Notes: a model not told the origin generated them from the sequence alone. DNA of 64,000 bases from Candidatus Nanopelagicales bacterium (GCA_046330625.1 JAXLSJ010000007.1:50362-114361), one strand, 5' to 3'. Shown: positions 1 through 12,713, counted from the first letter of the stretch. A program made the numbers and translations.

Positions 1-123
1 CGCGTTCATGCCGATGGCGATCAGGACGACGACGACCACGACGTAGAGCAGGCCGAGCCCACCCATGGTGGTGATCATCCGCCGGGACAGTCCGCTGTCG
101 TCGGCGTAGCGAGTGCGTGCCAC
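1..123 (-). CDS. membrane protein, N-terminal fragment running off the window start
   Basis: Reverse-strand reading from GTG at 123 (or in-frame ATG at 78) gives VARTRYADDSGLSRRMITTMGGLGLLYVVVVVVLIAIGMNA..., one clear hydrophobic helix, open to the window edge. It lies directly downstream of pspA-pspAA. Confidence 0.35.
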   Translation of the reverse strand, partial: MARTRYADDSGLSRRMITTMGGLGLLYVVVVVVLIAIGMNA

Positions 124-158
124 GAGTCAATGGTGCCGCACGCCCGGCCCCAGCGCGA

Positions 159-431
159 TCAGCCGGGGATCAGGCCGTCGCTCTTGAGCATGGCCCGCAC
201 GTCGTCCGCCGTCGCGTCGGAGGGCGGCAGGATCACGTCGGACTCCAGCAGCTCCTCGTCGGCGAGTTCCTCGCCGTCGGCGCGGACCTTGTCGAGGATG
301 GCCGCCAGCGCCACCGTAAACGCCTCGTCGTCGTCCAGGGCCGCCTCGATGGCGGCGTCGAGCTCGTTGAGTTCGTCGATGGTGGCGTCGTCGAGCCGGT
401 ACTGGCCCTCACCGGAGATGCGCACGATCAT
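159..431 (-). CDS. pspAA: PspA-associated protein PspAA
   Basis: 90 aa, MIVRISGEGQYRLDD...SDGLIPG. Acidic small protein with the N- and C-terminal signatures I recall for actinobacterial PspAA. Sits 10 nt downstream of pspA on the same strand. Confidence 0.75.
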   Translation of the reverse strand: MIVRISGEGQYRLDDATIDELNELDAAIEAALDDDEAFTVALAAILDKVRADGEELADEELLESDVILPPSDATADDVRAMLKSDGLIPG

Positions 432-441
432 GATCGGCTCC

Positions 442-1293
442 TCAGTTCGTGCCGGACGGCGGGGTCGAGCCGGTGGAACCGCCGGCCGGGGGTGCGCTGG
501 TCGACGAGGTCGAGCCTCCGGCTGCCGGCTTCGGAGCGGGAGGCGCTTCCACGGCGGGAGTCGCCGGTGCCTCGACGGCGGCCGGCGCGGATCCGCCGCC
601 GATCTCCGCCTTGAGCGCGGCCAATTGGCTGTCGACGTCGCTCTGCGAAGCCATCGCCTCGAGTTCGCGGGTCAGATTGTCCTTCGTTGTCCCCGTGGGG
701 TCGTCGAGGGCACCCGACGCGAGCAGTTCGTCGATCGCGCCAGCCCGGGCCTGCATGGTCTGGGTCTTCTCCTCGGCCCGCTGGATCGCGAGGCCGACAT
801 CGGACAGTTCCTCGGAGACACCGGAGAAGGCCTCGTTGATCTTGGTCTGCGCCTCGGCGGCCGAGTACTGCGCCTTGATCGTCTCCTTCTTGGTGCGGAA
901 GGAGTCGACCTTCGCCTGCAGCCGCTGCGAGGCGTCGACCATCTTCTCTTCCTGGTCCTGCAACTGGCTCAGCTGCGTCTGCAGGTCGTTGAGCTGCGTG
1001 GTAAGTCCGGACCGACGGGTCAGCGCCTCGCGCGCCAGGTCCTCCCGGCCGCCGGCCAGGGCTGCCTTGGCCTGACCCTCGAGCTTGTCGGCCTGCTGCT
1101 GCAGTCCCTGCATCTGCAGTTCGACCCGCTTGCGACTGGTCGCGACATCCGCGACTCCCCGACGGACCTTCTGCAGCAATTCGAGCTGCTTCTCGTAGGA
1201 GTAATCCAGCGTCTCGCGCGGATCCTCGGCCTTGTCGAGCATCTTGTTCGCCTTGGACTTGAAGACCAGGGTGAATCGCTGCCAGAAGCCCAT
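442..1293 (-). CDS. pspA: PspA/IM30 family membrane-stress protein
   Basis: Internal ATG at 1293 of track ORF 442..1671 gives MGFWQRFTLVFKSKANKMLDKAEDPRETLDYSYEKQLELLQKVRRGVADVATSRKR..., typical PspA/IM30 coiled coil with a Pro/Ala-rich C-terminal tail. The upstream 126 codons of the track ORF are Arg/Gly-rich and were rejected. Confidence 0.88.
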   Translation of the reverse strand: MGFWQRFTLVFKSKANKMLDKAEDPRETLDYSYEKQLELLQKVRRGVADVATSRKRVELQMQGLQQQADKLEGQAKAALAGGREDLAREALTRRSGLTTQLNDLQTQLSQLQDQEEKMVDASQRLQAKVDSFRTKKETIKAQYSAAEAQTKINEAFSGVSEELSDVGLAIQRAEEKTQTMQARAGAIDELLASGALDDPTGTTKDNLTRELEAMASQSDVDSQLAALKAEIGGGSAPAAVEAPATPAVEAPPAPKPAAGGSTSSTSAPPAGGSTGSTPPSGTN

Positions 1294-1404
1294 TGGGGGA
1301 CGCCCCTTCTGAAGGTGAACGGCGGACGCACCCAACGCTAGTGCCCGGCGACCCCCGATGCTGGCCAGTTCCCGGAATGGCGCGGCGGCCCGTATCCTGG
1401 TCGG

Positions 1405-2010
1405 GTGTTCGGTCGACGTTCTTCTACTGCCCCCACCGACGCCGGTCCGGCCGAGACGCCGGAAGAGTCGGTCCCCGCGGCGCAACAGCCGAAGGGGCGG
1501 CCCACTCCCAGCCGCAAGGACGCCGAGGCGCACCGCAAGCAGAACCTGAAGGTCCCGGCCGATCCCAAGGCCGCCCGCAAGGCGATGAAGCAGCGGGAGC
1601 GGGAGGCCCGCATGGAGGCCCGCGCCGGCCTGATGGCCGGCGACGAGCGGTACCTCCCCGCTCGGGACCAAGGCCCAGCCAAGGCGTATGTCCGCAACTA
1701 CATCGACCGCAAGCGGCGCCTGAGCGAGTACTTCATCTTCATCGCGGTCGCCATCCTGCTCGTTGCCTTCGTGCGCAACCCCCAGGTGCAGAACCTCGTG
1801 TCGTTGGTGTGGTTCCTCATCGCCGGCATCGTGCTGCTCGAGGTGGGCTGGGTCCTCTTCCGGTTGAACCGGGACCTCACCGAACGCTGGCCCGACAAGG
1901 CCGAGCGCAAGGGCTGCCTGCTCTACGCGGCGCTGCGGATGCTGCAGATCCGCCGACTGCGCATCCCGCCTCCGAAGGTCAAGCCCGGCGGCGCCCCCGT
2001 CGATCGGTGA
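1405..2010 (+). CDS. DUF3043 family membrane protein
   Basis: GTG start. Basic N-terminal region (KGRPTPSRKDAEAHRKQN...) followed by two TM helices (EYFIFIAVAILLVAF, LVSLVWFLIAGIVLLEVGWVLF). This architecture matches actinobacterial DUF3043 proteins. Confidence 0.75.
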   Translation: MFGRRSSTAPTDAGPAETPEESVPAAQQPKGRPTPSRKDAEAHRKQNLKVPADPKAARKAMKQREREARMEARAGLMAGDERYLPARDQGPAKAYVRNYIDRKRRLSEYFIFIAVAILLVAFVRNPQVQNLVSLVWFLIAGIVLLEVGWVLFRLNRDLTERWPDKAERKGCLLYAALRMLQIRRLRIPPPKVKPGGAPVDR

Positions 2011-2014
2011 TCCG

Positions 2015-2150
2015 CGTCGGCCGTGCTACGGTCGGCCCACCGAACACGTCCGACACTCAGGGGAAGCCGGTGGAACTCCGGCGCTGACCCGCAACCGTGA
2101 TCGACCTCCGGGTCGTCAGTCGGAGCACCTGACGGACGCGAGCGGCTCCA
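2015..2150 (+). promoter_or_regulatory. cobalamin (B12) riboswitch
   Basis: Conserved core AGGGGAAGCCGGTGGAACTCCGGCGCTGACCCGCAACCGTGA at 2058..2100 and a B12-box-like GTCAGTCGGAGCACCTGACGG at 2114..2135. Located in the 5' leader of the 2230 operon. Confidence 0.8.
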
Positions 2151-2229
2151 CCGCCGAGGTCTGCGGGACGGAGCCCCGCCCTTCGCGGGCAGGGCCTCGC
2201 ACCGGGACCCGCTCATCGAAGGGAACCCG

Positions 2230-3285
2230 GTGTCCGTCACCCGCACCGCAGCTCTGTCCGTCGTCCTCGCGGCCACCACGTTCGCCGGGGTCTCCCCCGC
2301 GTCGGCCGCCCCCGATCCCGACCGTGGTCTGTTCGGGATCCAGGACCCCACCTACGACGGCGTCTACCGCCAGGGCCTGGCCATCACCGGGCTCGTCGCC
2401 GCCGACCGTAGGGTCCCCCGCTCCGCGGTGTCCTGGCTTCTGCGCCAGCAGTGTGCAGACGGGTCGTTCGTGTCGTACCGCCCCGACACCACGCTGCCGT
2501 GCCCGGCACCGGACCCCACCAACTACACCGGTCCGGACAGCAACTCCACGGCGATCGGGGCCATGGCGCTGCGCGCCACCGGCGACAAGGCCCATGCCCG
2601 CTCCGCCCTGCGCTACCTGCGGAAGATGCAGAACGACGACGGCGGATTCCCCTACTACCGAGGCGGGTCGAGCGACACCAACAGCACGGGGTTGGCCCTG
2701 GCTGCGCTGAACGGGTCGCGCGCGACCAAGTCGGTTCTGGCGCAGGTCAAGGACGCCACGCGGTACCTGGGTTCCGTGCAGTTCCGGTGCCAGGGGGCGG
2801 CAAGCGACCGCGGGATGATGTCCTACCAGCAGGCGCCGTTGACGGCGAACACGCTGGCGACTGCTCAAGCGGCGCTCGGCATGGTCACCACGCTTCCCAG
2901 TACCCCTCGTCCGACCCGTGTCTCGGGCGTGCGCTGTGTGGGGTCGCTGTCGACCAGGCCCGTGTCACCGGCAGGTGCGGCGTTGGCCGCCCTGCGGCGA
3001 CAACTGGCCGACGGACTGCTGCCCAGCGCGTTCGGGTCCGACGGCGACGCGTCGGCGACCGCCCAGGCGATCATCTCGCTGAAGGCTGCGGGAGTGCGCG
3101 GCCGCGACCTGCGTCCCGCCGTGCGGGCGCTGCGCCGGGTGGCCGCTACATACACGGTGGCCGGGGGTTCGACCGATGCCGGCGCCGTCGGCACATTGAT
3201 CCTGGCGGCGACGGCGACCGGCTCGGACCCGCGTGACTTCGGCGGCGTCGACCTGATCGCGGCCCGTCGGGCCAGCCGTCGATGA
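2230..3285 (+). CDS. secreted prenyltransferase/squalene-oxidase-repeat (terpenoid-cyclase-fold) protein
   Basis: GTG start, signal peptide MSVTRTAALSVVLAATTFAGVSPASA. Repeats of the QxxDGSF / QNDDGGFPY type (LLRQQCADGSFVSY, LRKMQNDDGGFPYYRGG). Confidence 0.7.
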   Translation: MSVTRTAALSVVLAATTFAGVSPASAAPDPDRGLFGIQDPTYDGVYRQGLAITGLVAADRRVPRSAVSWLLRQQCADGSFVSYRPDTTLPCPAPDPTNYTGPDSNSTAIGAMALRATGDKAHARSALRYLRKMQNDDGGFPYYRGGSSDTNSTGLALAALNGSRATKSVLAQVKDATRYLGSVQFRCQGAASDRGMMSYQQAPLTANTLATAQAALGMVTTLPSTPRPTRVSGVRCVGSLSTRPVSPAGAALAALRRQLADGLLPSAFGSDGDASATAQAIISLKAAGVRGRDLRPAVRALRRVAATYTVAGGSTDAGAVGTLILAATATGSDPRDFGGVDLIAARRASRR

Positions 3286-4192
3286 GGAAAGCCGCCGCGG
3301 TCGGGATGGTGGGCGGACTCGTGGCACTGTCGGCCGCGCTGTCCCCCGCCCCTGCCGGCGCCGCCGACTACCGCTACTGGACCTACTGGTCGGGTTCCGC
3401 CGCCGGCTGGTCGTTCTCGTCCCTGGGTCCCGCATCGTCGGTCCCGGCCGACGGGAGCGTCGAGGGCTGGCGCTTCGCCATCAGCCGCGGGGTCCGCGGC
3501 CAGGGCGCCGAACCCCGGATCGCCGCCGCAGCGGCGTTCCGCCAGTTCTGCGGATCGCATCCGGCTCCGAGCGGGGACAAGCGGGTCGCGGTCGTGTTCG
3601 ATTTCGGGTTGACCTCGGAGGCTCCCGAGGGACAGTCGCCGCCGCAGCCGCGCGGCACCTGTGTCGAGGTTCCTGACGACGCGACCGGCGCCGCCATCCT
3701 GTCCCGGGCGGCGACGATCCGCACCGACGACGGTCTGGTCTGCGGCATCGGCGGCTACCCCGCAGGCGAGTGCGCTCCCGCAGTGACCGACGAACCGACC
3801 CCCACCCCGAAGGCGGCGCGGAGCTCGGGTCCGGGGCCCGACGAGTCTCCGGCCCCCCACCGCGCGACCCATGCCCATGAGAGGTCCGGTTCGGGCGGGG
3901 CCGAGCCGACGGACCCGACGGCCGCCACCGGGTCGACCCCTCGGGCGGACACCCCCGACAAGGCCGCACCCGAGAAGGAACCCCCCGGGAAGGACAAACC
4001 GTCGGACCGGGAGGCCCGGCCGACCCCGAGTCCGACGACTCCGGCGCCGGTCGCGAGCCCGGAGCCGACCTTCATCACGGCCGACGCGCAGTTGCCCGCG
4101 GACAGCCCCGGCGGGCCCGGCGTGTGGCCCCTGCTGCTGACCGCAGCGGTCGTGGCCGGTGCCGGCGGGTTCTTCTGGTGGCGCCGCCGCAC

Positions 4193-4196
<4 letters not shown>
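3282..4196 (+). CDS. SCO2322-family-like exported protein with Pro-rich stalk and C-terminal TM anchor
   Basis: ATGA overlap with the upstream gene. Signal peptide, then ADYRYWTYWSGSAAGWSFSSLGPASSVPADGSVEGWRFA, as I recall for SCO2322-family proteins that follow this prenyltransferase-like gene. Pro/Thr-rich region, then LPADSPGG...LLLTAAVVAGAGGFFWWRRRT. Confidence 0.6.
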
Positions 4197-6296
<2,100 letters not shown>

Positions 6297-6309
6297 TGGG
6301 CGCGCCCCG

Positions 6310-6873
6310 GTGATCCACGATCGGGTGTTCCTGACCGGTGGCGCCCGCTCAGGCAAGAGCGCGATGGCCGAGCGCCTGCTCGCCGATGCGGCCGCGGTGA
6401 CCTATGTCGCCACCGGACCGCGACCGGAGACCGCCGACCCGGAATGGGAGCAGCGGATCGCTGCCCATCGGACCCGCCGACCGGATCACTGGACCACCCT
6501 CGAGACCACCGACCTGCCCCCCGTGATCCACGCCGCCAGCCCACAGCACCCGGTACTGGTGGACTGCCTGACCCTGTGGGTGACCGCGCACCTCGATCGT
6601 CTGGACGCGTGGACCACCGACGATCCCACCTCTGCCCAGCAGGGGCTCGACGCCGAGATCGATGCGGTCGTTGCGGCAGTGAGAGCGTGTTCCGGAGGAC
6701 TGGTGGTGGTGAGCAACGAGGTCGGCAGCGGCATAGTCCCCGCGGATGCCGGCACCCGCCGGTTCCGAGACTGGCTGGGCATCGCCAACGCGCGGGTGGC
6801 CGCAGTGTGCGACCGCTCCTACCTAGTGGCCGCCGGCCGGGCGGTACGCCTCGAAGCAGTGGGCACGATCTGA
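6310..6873 (+). CDS. cobU: bifunctional adenosylcobinamide kinase / adenosylcobinamide-phosphate guanylyltransferase
   Basis: GTG start. P-loop [41 protein letters not shown]: typical CobU/CobP. Confidence 0.88.
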   Translation: MIHDRVFLTGGARSGKSAMAERLLADAAAVTYVATGPRPETADPEWEQRIAAHRTRRPDHWTTLETTDLPPVIHAASPQHPVLVDCLTLWVTAHLDRLDAWTTDDPTSAQQGLDAEIDAVVAAVRACSGGLVVVSNEVGSGIVPADAGTRRFRDWLGIANARVAAVCDRSYLVAAGRAVRLEAVGTI

Positions 6874-7919
6874 TGCGCGATGTCGACCAGGACGCCCGAG
6901 TTGCCGCGACCGCCCGGCTGGACCGCCTGACCAAGCCGCCTGGCGCACTGGGCCGACTCGAGGAACTGTCCGTCTGGGCGGCCGGGGTCCAGGGCCGCTG
7001 CCCGCCCTCGCGATTCGCCGCCGTGCACGTGGTCGTCGTGGCCGGCGATCACGGCATCGCCCGGAACGGCACCAGCGCCTATCCCCCTGAGGTGACCGCG
7101 CAGATGGTGGCCAACATCGTCGCAGGGGGCGCCGCAGTCAACGTCCTGGCGCGGGAACAGGGTGCGGACGTCACCGTGATCGACGCGTCGGTGGACTCGG
7201 ACTACGTGGGACTCGCCGTGCCCGAGGAGGTGGCCGCCCGACGGGTCCGTCGCAGCAGCGGCGCCATCGACCGCGAGGACGCGCTGACGCCCGACGAGGC
7301 GCGCGCCGCCCTCGAGCTCGGCGACACCGTCGCGGGCGAACGCGAGGCGGCCGGCGCCGACCTCGTGATCGTCGGCGACATGGGCATCGGCAACACCACC
7401 CCCGCCTCCGCCCTGATCGCGGCCCTGACTGACGGAGACCCTGTTGTGGTCACCGGGCGGGGCACCGGGATCGATGACGCCACCTGGATGCGGAAGGTCA
7501 CTGCTGTCCGCGACGCCCTGTGGCGCACCCGCGACGACCACACCGACGCGGCTCTGGCCCTGCAGCGTCTGGGTGGTGCCGACCTCGCCGTGATGACCGG
7601 CCTGCTGTCCGGATGCGCGCGGCGCGGGATCCCGGTCCTGCTCGACGGCGTCGTGGTCACGGCGGCAGCGTTGGCCGCGGAACGGATCGCACCGGGCTCG
7701 GTCGCGTGGTGGGCGGCGGGTCACCGGTCCGCGGAGCCCGCGCACGCAATCGCCCTGGCCGAACTGGGGCTGGACCCCGTCCTGTCGCTGTCGATGCGGC
7801 TGGGCGAGGGCTCCGGCGCCCTGACCGCGCTACCCGTCCTGCAGGCGGCCGTGGCTCTGCTGGCCGACATGGCCACCTTCGACTCCGCCGGCGTCTCCGG
7901 CGCCGTGGACGTCCCGTGA
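6873..7919 (+). CDS. cobT: nicotinate-nucleotide--dimethylbenzimidazole phosphoribosyltransferase
   Basis: ATG 6873 overlaps the cobU stop (TGATG). [48 protein letters not shown]. Confidence 0.92.
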   Translation: MRDVDQDARVAATARLDRLTKPPGALGRLEELSVWAAGVQGRCPPSRFAAVHVVVVAGDHGIARNGTSAYPPEVTAQMVANIVAGGAAVNVLAREQGADVTVIDASVDSDYVGLAVPEEVAARRVRRSSGAIDREDALTPDEARAALELGDTVAGEREAAGADLVIVGDMGIGNTTPASALIAALTDGDPVVVTGRGTGIDDATWMRKVTAVRDALWRTRDDHTDAALALQRLGGADLAVMTGLLSGCARRGIPVLLDGVVVTAAALAAERIAPGSVAWWAAGHRSAEPAHAIALAELGLDPVLSLSMRLGEGSGALTALPVLQAAVALLADMATFDSAGVSGAVDVP

Positions 7920-8716
7920 CGTCCTGGACCTTGGCGCTCGGCCTCTTCACCGTGGCCCCGGTTGACACTCCCGCCGACCCACCGCGGTCACAGGTCCGAC
8001 GGGCCATCCTGCTTGCGCCCGTCGTGGGCCTTCTGCTCGGGCTGTGCGGAGCAGCGGTCCTGATCGGTGCTCGCGCCCTGTACTCACAACGGATCTTCGA
8101 CCAGCCGAACGACCCCCTGGCCCTGGCCTTGGCCTCGGTCTTCGCCATCGCCGCGGTGGAGATCGCCACGGGGGGACTGCATCTCGACGGCCTGTCGGAC
8201 TCCGCCGACGGTCTCGCCGCCCGAGGCGGACGGGACCGATCCCTCGACGCCATGCGCGACCCCCGGATCGGCGCGGTCGGAGCTGCGACGCTGATCCTCG
8301 CGCTGCTGGTGTCGGTGCTCGCCCTGGCACTGGCCGTCACCCGTGGGCATGGCACCGAGGCCATCACCACCTCCGTCGTGGCCGGTCGCGTGGCGATCGT
8401 CTGGGGCTGCACCTTGCCCGCCGCGCGGGCAGACGGCCTCGGCGTGTGGGTGAGCGGGGTGGTCGGGCGTCGCGCCGCCCTGCTCGAGACCGTGGCCGCA
8501 CTGGCTGTGCCGGCGGCGCTGTGCCTCTGGGACGACGACAGGTCCCGGTCGGCGACGGCTGTCGTGATGGCAGCCCTACCGCTCGCGCTGGTGGTCACTG
8601 CCGCCGTCCTGCTGCCGCTGTATCGACGGATCGGCGGGATCACCGGCGACCTGTTGGGAGCTGCCTGTGTGATCACCACCACAGCCTGTCTGGCCATCGT
8701 GGCCGCCGCCCCGTGA
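7916..8716 (+). CDS. cobS: adenosylcobinamide-GDP ribazoletransferase (cobalamin synthase)
   Basis: GTG 7916 overlaps the cobT stop (GTGA). Polytopic membrane protein with [11 protein letters not shown]..., [25 protein letters not shown] motifs. Confidence 0.87.
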   Translation: MTSWTLALGLFTVAPVDTPADPPRSQVRRAILLAPVVGLLLGLCGAAVLIGARALYSQRIFDQPNDPLALALASVFAIAAVEIATGGLHLDGLSDSADGLAARGGRDRSLDAMRDPRIGAVGAATLILALLVSVLALALAVTRGHGTEAITTSVVAGRVAIVWGCTLPAARADGLGVWVSGVVGRRAALLETVAALAVPAALCLWDDDRSRSATAVVMAALPLALVVTAAVLLPLYRRIGGITGDLLGAACVITTTACLAIVAAAP

Positions 8717-8772
8717 GGCCCGCCCGACGCGGGTGAAGCCGCTTCGACGAGCGGCTATACTCGTCGGAGCCC

Positions 8773-8844
8773 TGGGGTATGGGGTAATTGGCAGCCCGAC
8801 GGTTTCTGGTTCCGTTAGTCTAGGTTCGAGTCCTGGTACCCCAG
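8773..8844 (+). tRNA. tRNA-Gln (anticodon CTG)
   Basis: TGGGGTATGGGGTAATTGGCAGCCC...TTCTGGT anticodon loop...GGTTCGAGTCCTGGTACCCCAG. Cloverleaf folds by hand with one U-U at the base of the anticodon stem. No encoded CCA. Confidence 0.85.
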
Positions 8845-8873
8845 CGACATCCGTGGTCATCGACCACGTGTCT

Positions 8874-8946
8874 GGCCCCGTTGTGTAGTGGCCTAGCACG
8901 CCGCCCTCTCAAGGCGGTAGCGCGGGTTCGAATCCCGTCGGGGCTA
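8874..8946 (+). tRNA. tRNA-Glu (anticodon CTC)
   Basis: GGCCCCGTTGTGTAGTGGCCTAGCACGCCGCC-CTCTCAA-GGCGGTAGCGCGGGTTCGAATCCCGTCGGGGCTA. 7-bp acceptor stem, CCGCC/GGCGG anticodon stem, TTCGAAT T-loop. Confidence 0.88.
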
Positions 8947-8950
8947 CAAA

Positions 8951-8985
8951 GAGTGGCGCGCATCCGTACAGGGTGCGCGCCACTC
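8951..8985. terminator. perfect 12-bp inverted repeat hairpin between tRNA-Glu and the convergent gene
   Basis: GAGTGGCGCGCA-(11 nt)-TGCGCGCCACTC. No U-tract. Placed between two convergent transcription units. Confidence 0.5.
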
Positions 8986-9015
8986 GCATGTTCACTGCGG
9001 GCCAACCCGGTCAAC

Positions 9016-9540
9016 TCAGGTCTCGCCACCGATGTCGACGTTGAACGCCTCCCAGACCAGGTCCGCACCGCGCTCGCGGTGTCGGGCGAACTGGTGGATC
9101 AGAGCCAGACCTCGGGCCCGGACATCGCGTTCGTCGATCGGCGTGTGCTCCATCAGGAACCGCATCAGGTGATCCACGTCCTGCGACAACCGCTGGTGAT
9201 CGCGCTGCAGCGATGCCACCAGTGGGGTCAGATGCGGACGTCCACGCAGGACGTCGGCGTGGAACGAATCCGGTCCCTCGTGGACATAGATGTGCGACTC
9301 CAGCGCACCGGCCAACTCGGCCAACTGTCGGGTGACGTCGGCGAGCCAGTCCCCCGGGTGTTCCGCGGGTCGCCGTAGCGACGCTTCGAGTCCCGCCATC
9401 GCGTCCTGCAGGTGACTGCGGTGGCGCTGCACCTTCCCGATGCGGGTGGTGCGGTCACGGAGGTCGATGACGGTGTCGTCGGGGTCCATGGGCACGGTGG
9501 TGATGGTCGGATCGAGCGAGGAGTTCGCCATGGTGATCAC
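9016..9540 (-). CDS. hypothetical protein, possibly hemerythrin-like four-helix bundle
   Basis: 174 aa, His/Glu/Asp-rich helical segments (ESHIYVHEGPDSFH, RDHQRLSQDVDHL, IHQFARHRERGADLVWEA). The family assignment is only a guess. Confidence 0.4.
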   Translation of the reverse strand: MITMANSSLDPTITTVPMDPDDTVIDLRDRTTRIGKVQRHRSHLQDAMAGLEASLRRPAEHPGDWLADVTRQLAELAGALESHIYVHEGPDSFHADVLRGRPHLTPLVASLQRDHQRLSQDVDHLMRFLMEHTPIDERDVRARGLALIHQFARHRERGADLVWEAFNVDIGGET

Positions 9541-9685
9541 CCCCAGGTGGGTACTTCGACGCTACTCCCCCGGGTCAGCCGGGACCAAGGCGACACATCG
9601 GGTCAAACTCCTGATCGGGATTGACTCCGCAGCGTGAGCGCACCTTCACTGATTGAGCTCCACGCGCCACCCCCTTGGAGGCACT

Positions 9686-11140
9686 ATGAAGAAGACACTC
9701 GCCATCGTCCTGGTGGGAATTCTGATGGCCCTGGTGGCGCCGGGCGCCGCCCGTGCCGCCGATCCGCCGATCGGCACCGCCTGGGCGGGCGTACAAGAGG
9801 GCAGCAGCATGCGCATTCAGTCGATCGCCACCAACGGGGCCGGCACGTGGGTGGCCATGACCGTGTTCCTAGGCCCGGGGACCCCCCAACGGAGCACCAA
9901 CAACGGCGTGACCTGGTCGGAAGCAGCAACCCCGCCACCTGTGGTGGACGGCACCAGCGACTACGCCTTCAACGACGTGGCCTGGTGCAATGACCGGTTC
10001 GTGGCCGTCGGGACGGCAATCGAGAACGACACCGCGCGGGCCGTGACCGCCTGGAGTCTCGACGGCAACACGTGGAGCACCGTTCTGCCCATCGGCAACG
10101 GCAGCACTGTGAATCCCAGCAGTCTCGCCTGCAACGGCAACAACGCGGTGGCCGTCGGTAGCGCCTTCGGGAGTGGCAACTACACAGTGATCACGAGTTC
10201 CGACGCTGGGGGGAGCTGGACGGCGACCACGGACTTCACCGGCTCTTTCGGGTACAGCTGGAGGGGTGTCACGTATCGCTCCGGCATCGGCTTCGTGGCA
10301 GTTCGCAGCGGCACCGGCACCGAGGACGTGATGATTTCCGATGACAACGGCGTGAACTGGACCGCCAATGACAGCGGCGTGAGTGGAAACTGGAGCGCAG
10401 CGGCGAACGACGGCACCACGATTGTGGCGGTGGCGGACGGGGGCACCAACCGCGTCATGACGTCGACGAACGGAGTCGACTGGACGGCTCGGACTGCCGC
10501 CGTCGACCTCTCCTGGAATGACGTCGCTTCTGGCAGCGGGACCTTCGTGGCAGTGGCATTGGACGGCACGTTCGACCAGCAGATCATGACGTCGACGAAC
10601 AGTGGCGCCAGCTGGACATCACGCCCGGCCCCCGCGGAGAACAACTGGGCCGCGGTCGGCTACGGCGCCGGTGGCGGTGGCGTGCCCGCGCGTTTCGTGG
10701 CCGGGGGCCGGGCATTCACCAGCACTCCGGAGGGAGTCAACTACCTGTACACCACACCCACCCCGACGGCACCGCTGGCGCCGGCCGTCGCGGTGGACGT
10801 CCTGAGTTGGACCACGCCCATCTGGGCCGCGACCAGTGGTCTCACCACCTACACCGTCGTGTACAAGAAGACCGCGGACGCCGGCAACCCGTCGGTCCCC
10901 TGGGGGGTGTACGCCCAGCGCACCACGGCATGGCCGGGCGGCGCCCTTCCCCTGAGCGTGAGGCTAAACGCCACTCCCGGCAACTGCGGCCTCACCAACA
11001 CCACGGCGGGGTGGACGAACTGCCCCATGCCCAGAGGCAACCTCCTCCCGGAGACGTCGTACACCTTCCGGGTGTTCGCCCGGTCGGCCACCAACCTCGG
11101 AACCATGTCGAGCCCGGTCACCTACATGGAGGTCGGCTGA
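9686..11140 (+). CDS. secreted BNR/Asp-box repeat beta-propeller protein with C-terminal FN3-like domain (paralog 1)
   Basis: ATG 9686 preceded by GGAGG. Signal peptide MKKTLAIVLVGILMALVAPGAARA. Repeated S-x-D-x-G-x-x-W boxes (STNNGVTWS, SLDGNTWS, SSDAGGSWT, SDDNGVNWT, STNGVDWT, STNSGASWT). Confidence 0.72.
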   Translation: MKKTLAIVLVGILMALVAPGAARAADPPIGTAWAGVQEGSSMRIQSIATNGAGTWVAMTVFLGPGTPQRSTNNGVTWSEAATPPPVVDGTSDYAFNDVAWCNDRFVAVGTAIENDTARAVTAWSLDGNTWSTVLPIGNGSTVNPSSLACNGNNAVAVGSAFGSGNYTVITSSDAGGSWTATTDFTGSFGYSWRGVTYRSGIGFVAVRSGTGTEDVMISDDNGVNWTANDSGVSGNWSAAANDGTTIVAVADGGTNRVMTSTNGVDWTARTAAVDLSWNDVASGSGTFVAVALDGTFDQQIMTSTNSGASWTSRPAPAENNWAAVGYGAGGGGVPARFVAGGRAFTSTPEGVNYLYTTPTPTAPLAPAVAVDVLSWTTPIWAATSGLTTYTVVYKKTADAGNPSVPWGVYAQRTTAWPGGALPLSVRLNATPGNCGLTNTTAGWTNCPMPRGNLLPETSYTFRVFARSATNLGTMSSPVTYMEVG

Positions 11141-11261
11141 CCTGGACCGACGGGCAGCGGGGACCAAGGCGACACATCGGGTCAAACCCCCAAGTGCGTT
11201 TGACTCCGTAGCGTAACCACATTTTCACTGAATGCGTTCAACGCGCGGGCCCGGAGGCACC

Positions 11262-12713
11262 ATGAAGAAGACACTGGCCATCGCCCTGGCGGCCATGCTG
11301 ACGGCAATGGTTGCCCCCGGCACCGCCCAGGCGGCCGATCCGCCGATCGGCACCGCCTGGGCGGGCGTGCAAGAGAGCGGCAACAAACGGATCTTGTCGG
11401 TCGCCACCAACGGGACCGGCACCTGGGTAGCCATCACCCTTGCCGGAGCTCCCGGGACCCCGCAGCGGAGCACCGACAATGGGGTGACCTGGACCACCGC
11501 AGCCACCCCGCCTCCCGTGGTGGAGCCCCAAACGACGGGCAATGCGTTCAACGACGTCGCTTGGTGCAATGACCGTTTCGTGGCCGTGGGGAAGGCATTC
11601 ACGGAAACCAGCGATGTCACCGTGACGGCCTGGAGCACCGACGGCAACACGTGGACCACAGTCCTTCCCACCGGTAACGCCAGCGGCGTGTCGCCCCAGG
11701 ACATCGCCTGCAACGGCAACAACGCCGTCGCCGTCGGCGGCGCCCTCGAGGGTGGCGACTACACGGTGCTCACCAGCTCCAACGCCGGGCTGAGCTGGGC
11801 GGGGCGCACGGACTTCACCGGCTCCCAAGGCTACGACTGGCGGGGAGTCACGTACCGGTCCGGCGTTGGCTTCGTGGCCGTTCGCGGCGGCACCGGCACC
11901 AATGATGTCATGATCTCGACCGACAATGGCGCGAACTGGACCGGCGACGACAGCGCTGTGAACGCAACGTGGAGCACTGTGACGAACGACGGCACCACCA
12001 TCGTCGCCGTCGCCGACGGTAGCCCCACCGACAACCGGGTCATGACCTCCACCGACGGAATCGCGTGGACGGCTCGAACCGCGGCCGCCAACATCTCGTG
12101 GAACGACATCGCGGCTGGTGGCGGGACTTTCGTGGCTGTCGCCTCGGGGGCAAACGCCGACACCCAGATCATGACGTCAACGGACAGTGGCGCCACCTGG
12201 ACATCACGCACAGCGGCAGCCAAGAACAACTGGAACGCGGTCGGATACGGTGGCTCGCCGTCACGGTTCGTAGCAGGGGGCAACACGTTCAACAGCATTC
12301 CCGCGAACGTCAACTACATGTACACCACTCCCACCCCCACGGCGCCGCAGTCCCCGTCCGTCGTGGACGAGACCCTGAGTTGGACCACACCCATCTGGAC
12401 CGCGACCAGCGGCCTCACCACCTACACCGTCGTCTACAAGAAGACAGTCGACGCCGGCAACCCGGCGGTCCCCTGGGGGGTGTACGCCCAGCGCACCACA
12501 GCATGGCCCGGCGGCACCCTTCCGCTGCAGGTTGAGCTCAACGCAACTCCGGGCAGTTGCGGCATCACCAACACCACGGCGGGATGGACGAACTGCCCCA
12601 TGCCCAGAGGCGCCCTGCTCCCGGACACGTCGTACACCTTCCGGGTGTTCGCCCGTTCGGCCACCAACCTCGGCACCATGTCGAGCCCCATCACCTACAC
12701 GATCATCGCCTGA
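11262..12713 (+). CDS. secreted BNR/Asp-box repeat beta-propeller protein with C-terminal FN3-like domain (paralog 2)
   Basis: ATG 11262 preceded by GGAGG. MKKTLAIALAAMLTAMVAPGTAQA. Same Asp-box series (STDNGVTWT, STDGNTWT, SSNAGLSWA, STDNGANWT, STDGIAWT, STDSGATWT). The C-terminal part is nearly identical to paralog 1. Confidence 0.72.
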   Translation: MKKTLAIALAAMLTAMVAPGTAQAADPPIGTAWAGVQESGNKRILSVATNGTGTWVAITLAGAPGTPQRSTDNGVTWTTAATPPPVVEPQTTGNAFNDVAWCNDRFVAVGKAFTETSDVTVTAWSTDGNTWTTVLPTGNASGVSPQDIACNGNNAVAVGGALEGGDYTVLTSSNAGLSWAGRTDFTGSQGYDWRGVTYRSGVGFVAVRGGTGTNDVMISTDNGANWTGDDSAVNATWSTVTNDGTTIVAVADGSPTDNRVMTSTDGIAWTARTAAANISWNDIAAGGGTFVAVASGANADTQIMTSTDSGATWTSRTAAAKNNWNAVGYGGSPSRFVAGGNTFNSIPANVNYMYTTPTPTAPQSPSVVDETLSWTTPIWTATSGLTTYTVVYKKTVDAGNPAVPWGVYAQRTTAWPGGTLPLQVELNATPGSCGITNTTAGWTNCPMPRGALLPDTSYTFRVFARSATNLGTMSSPITYTIIA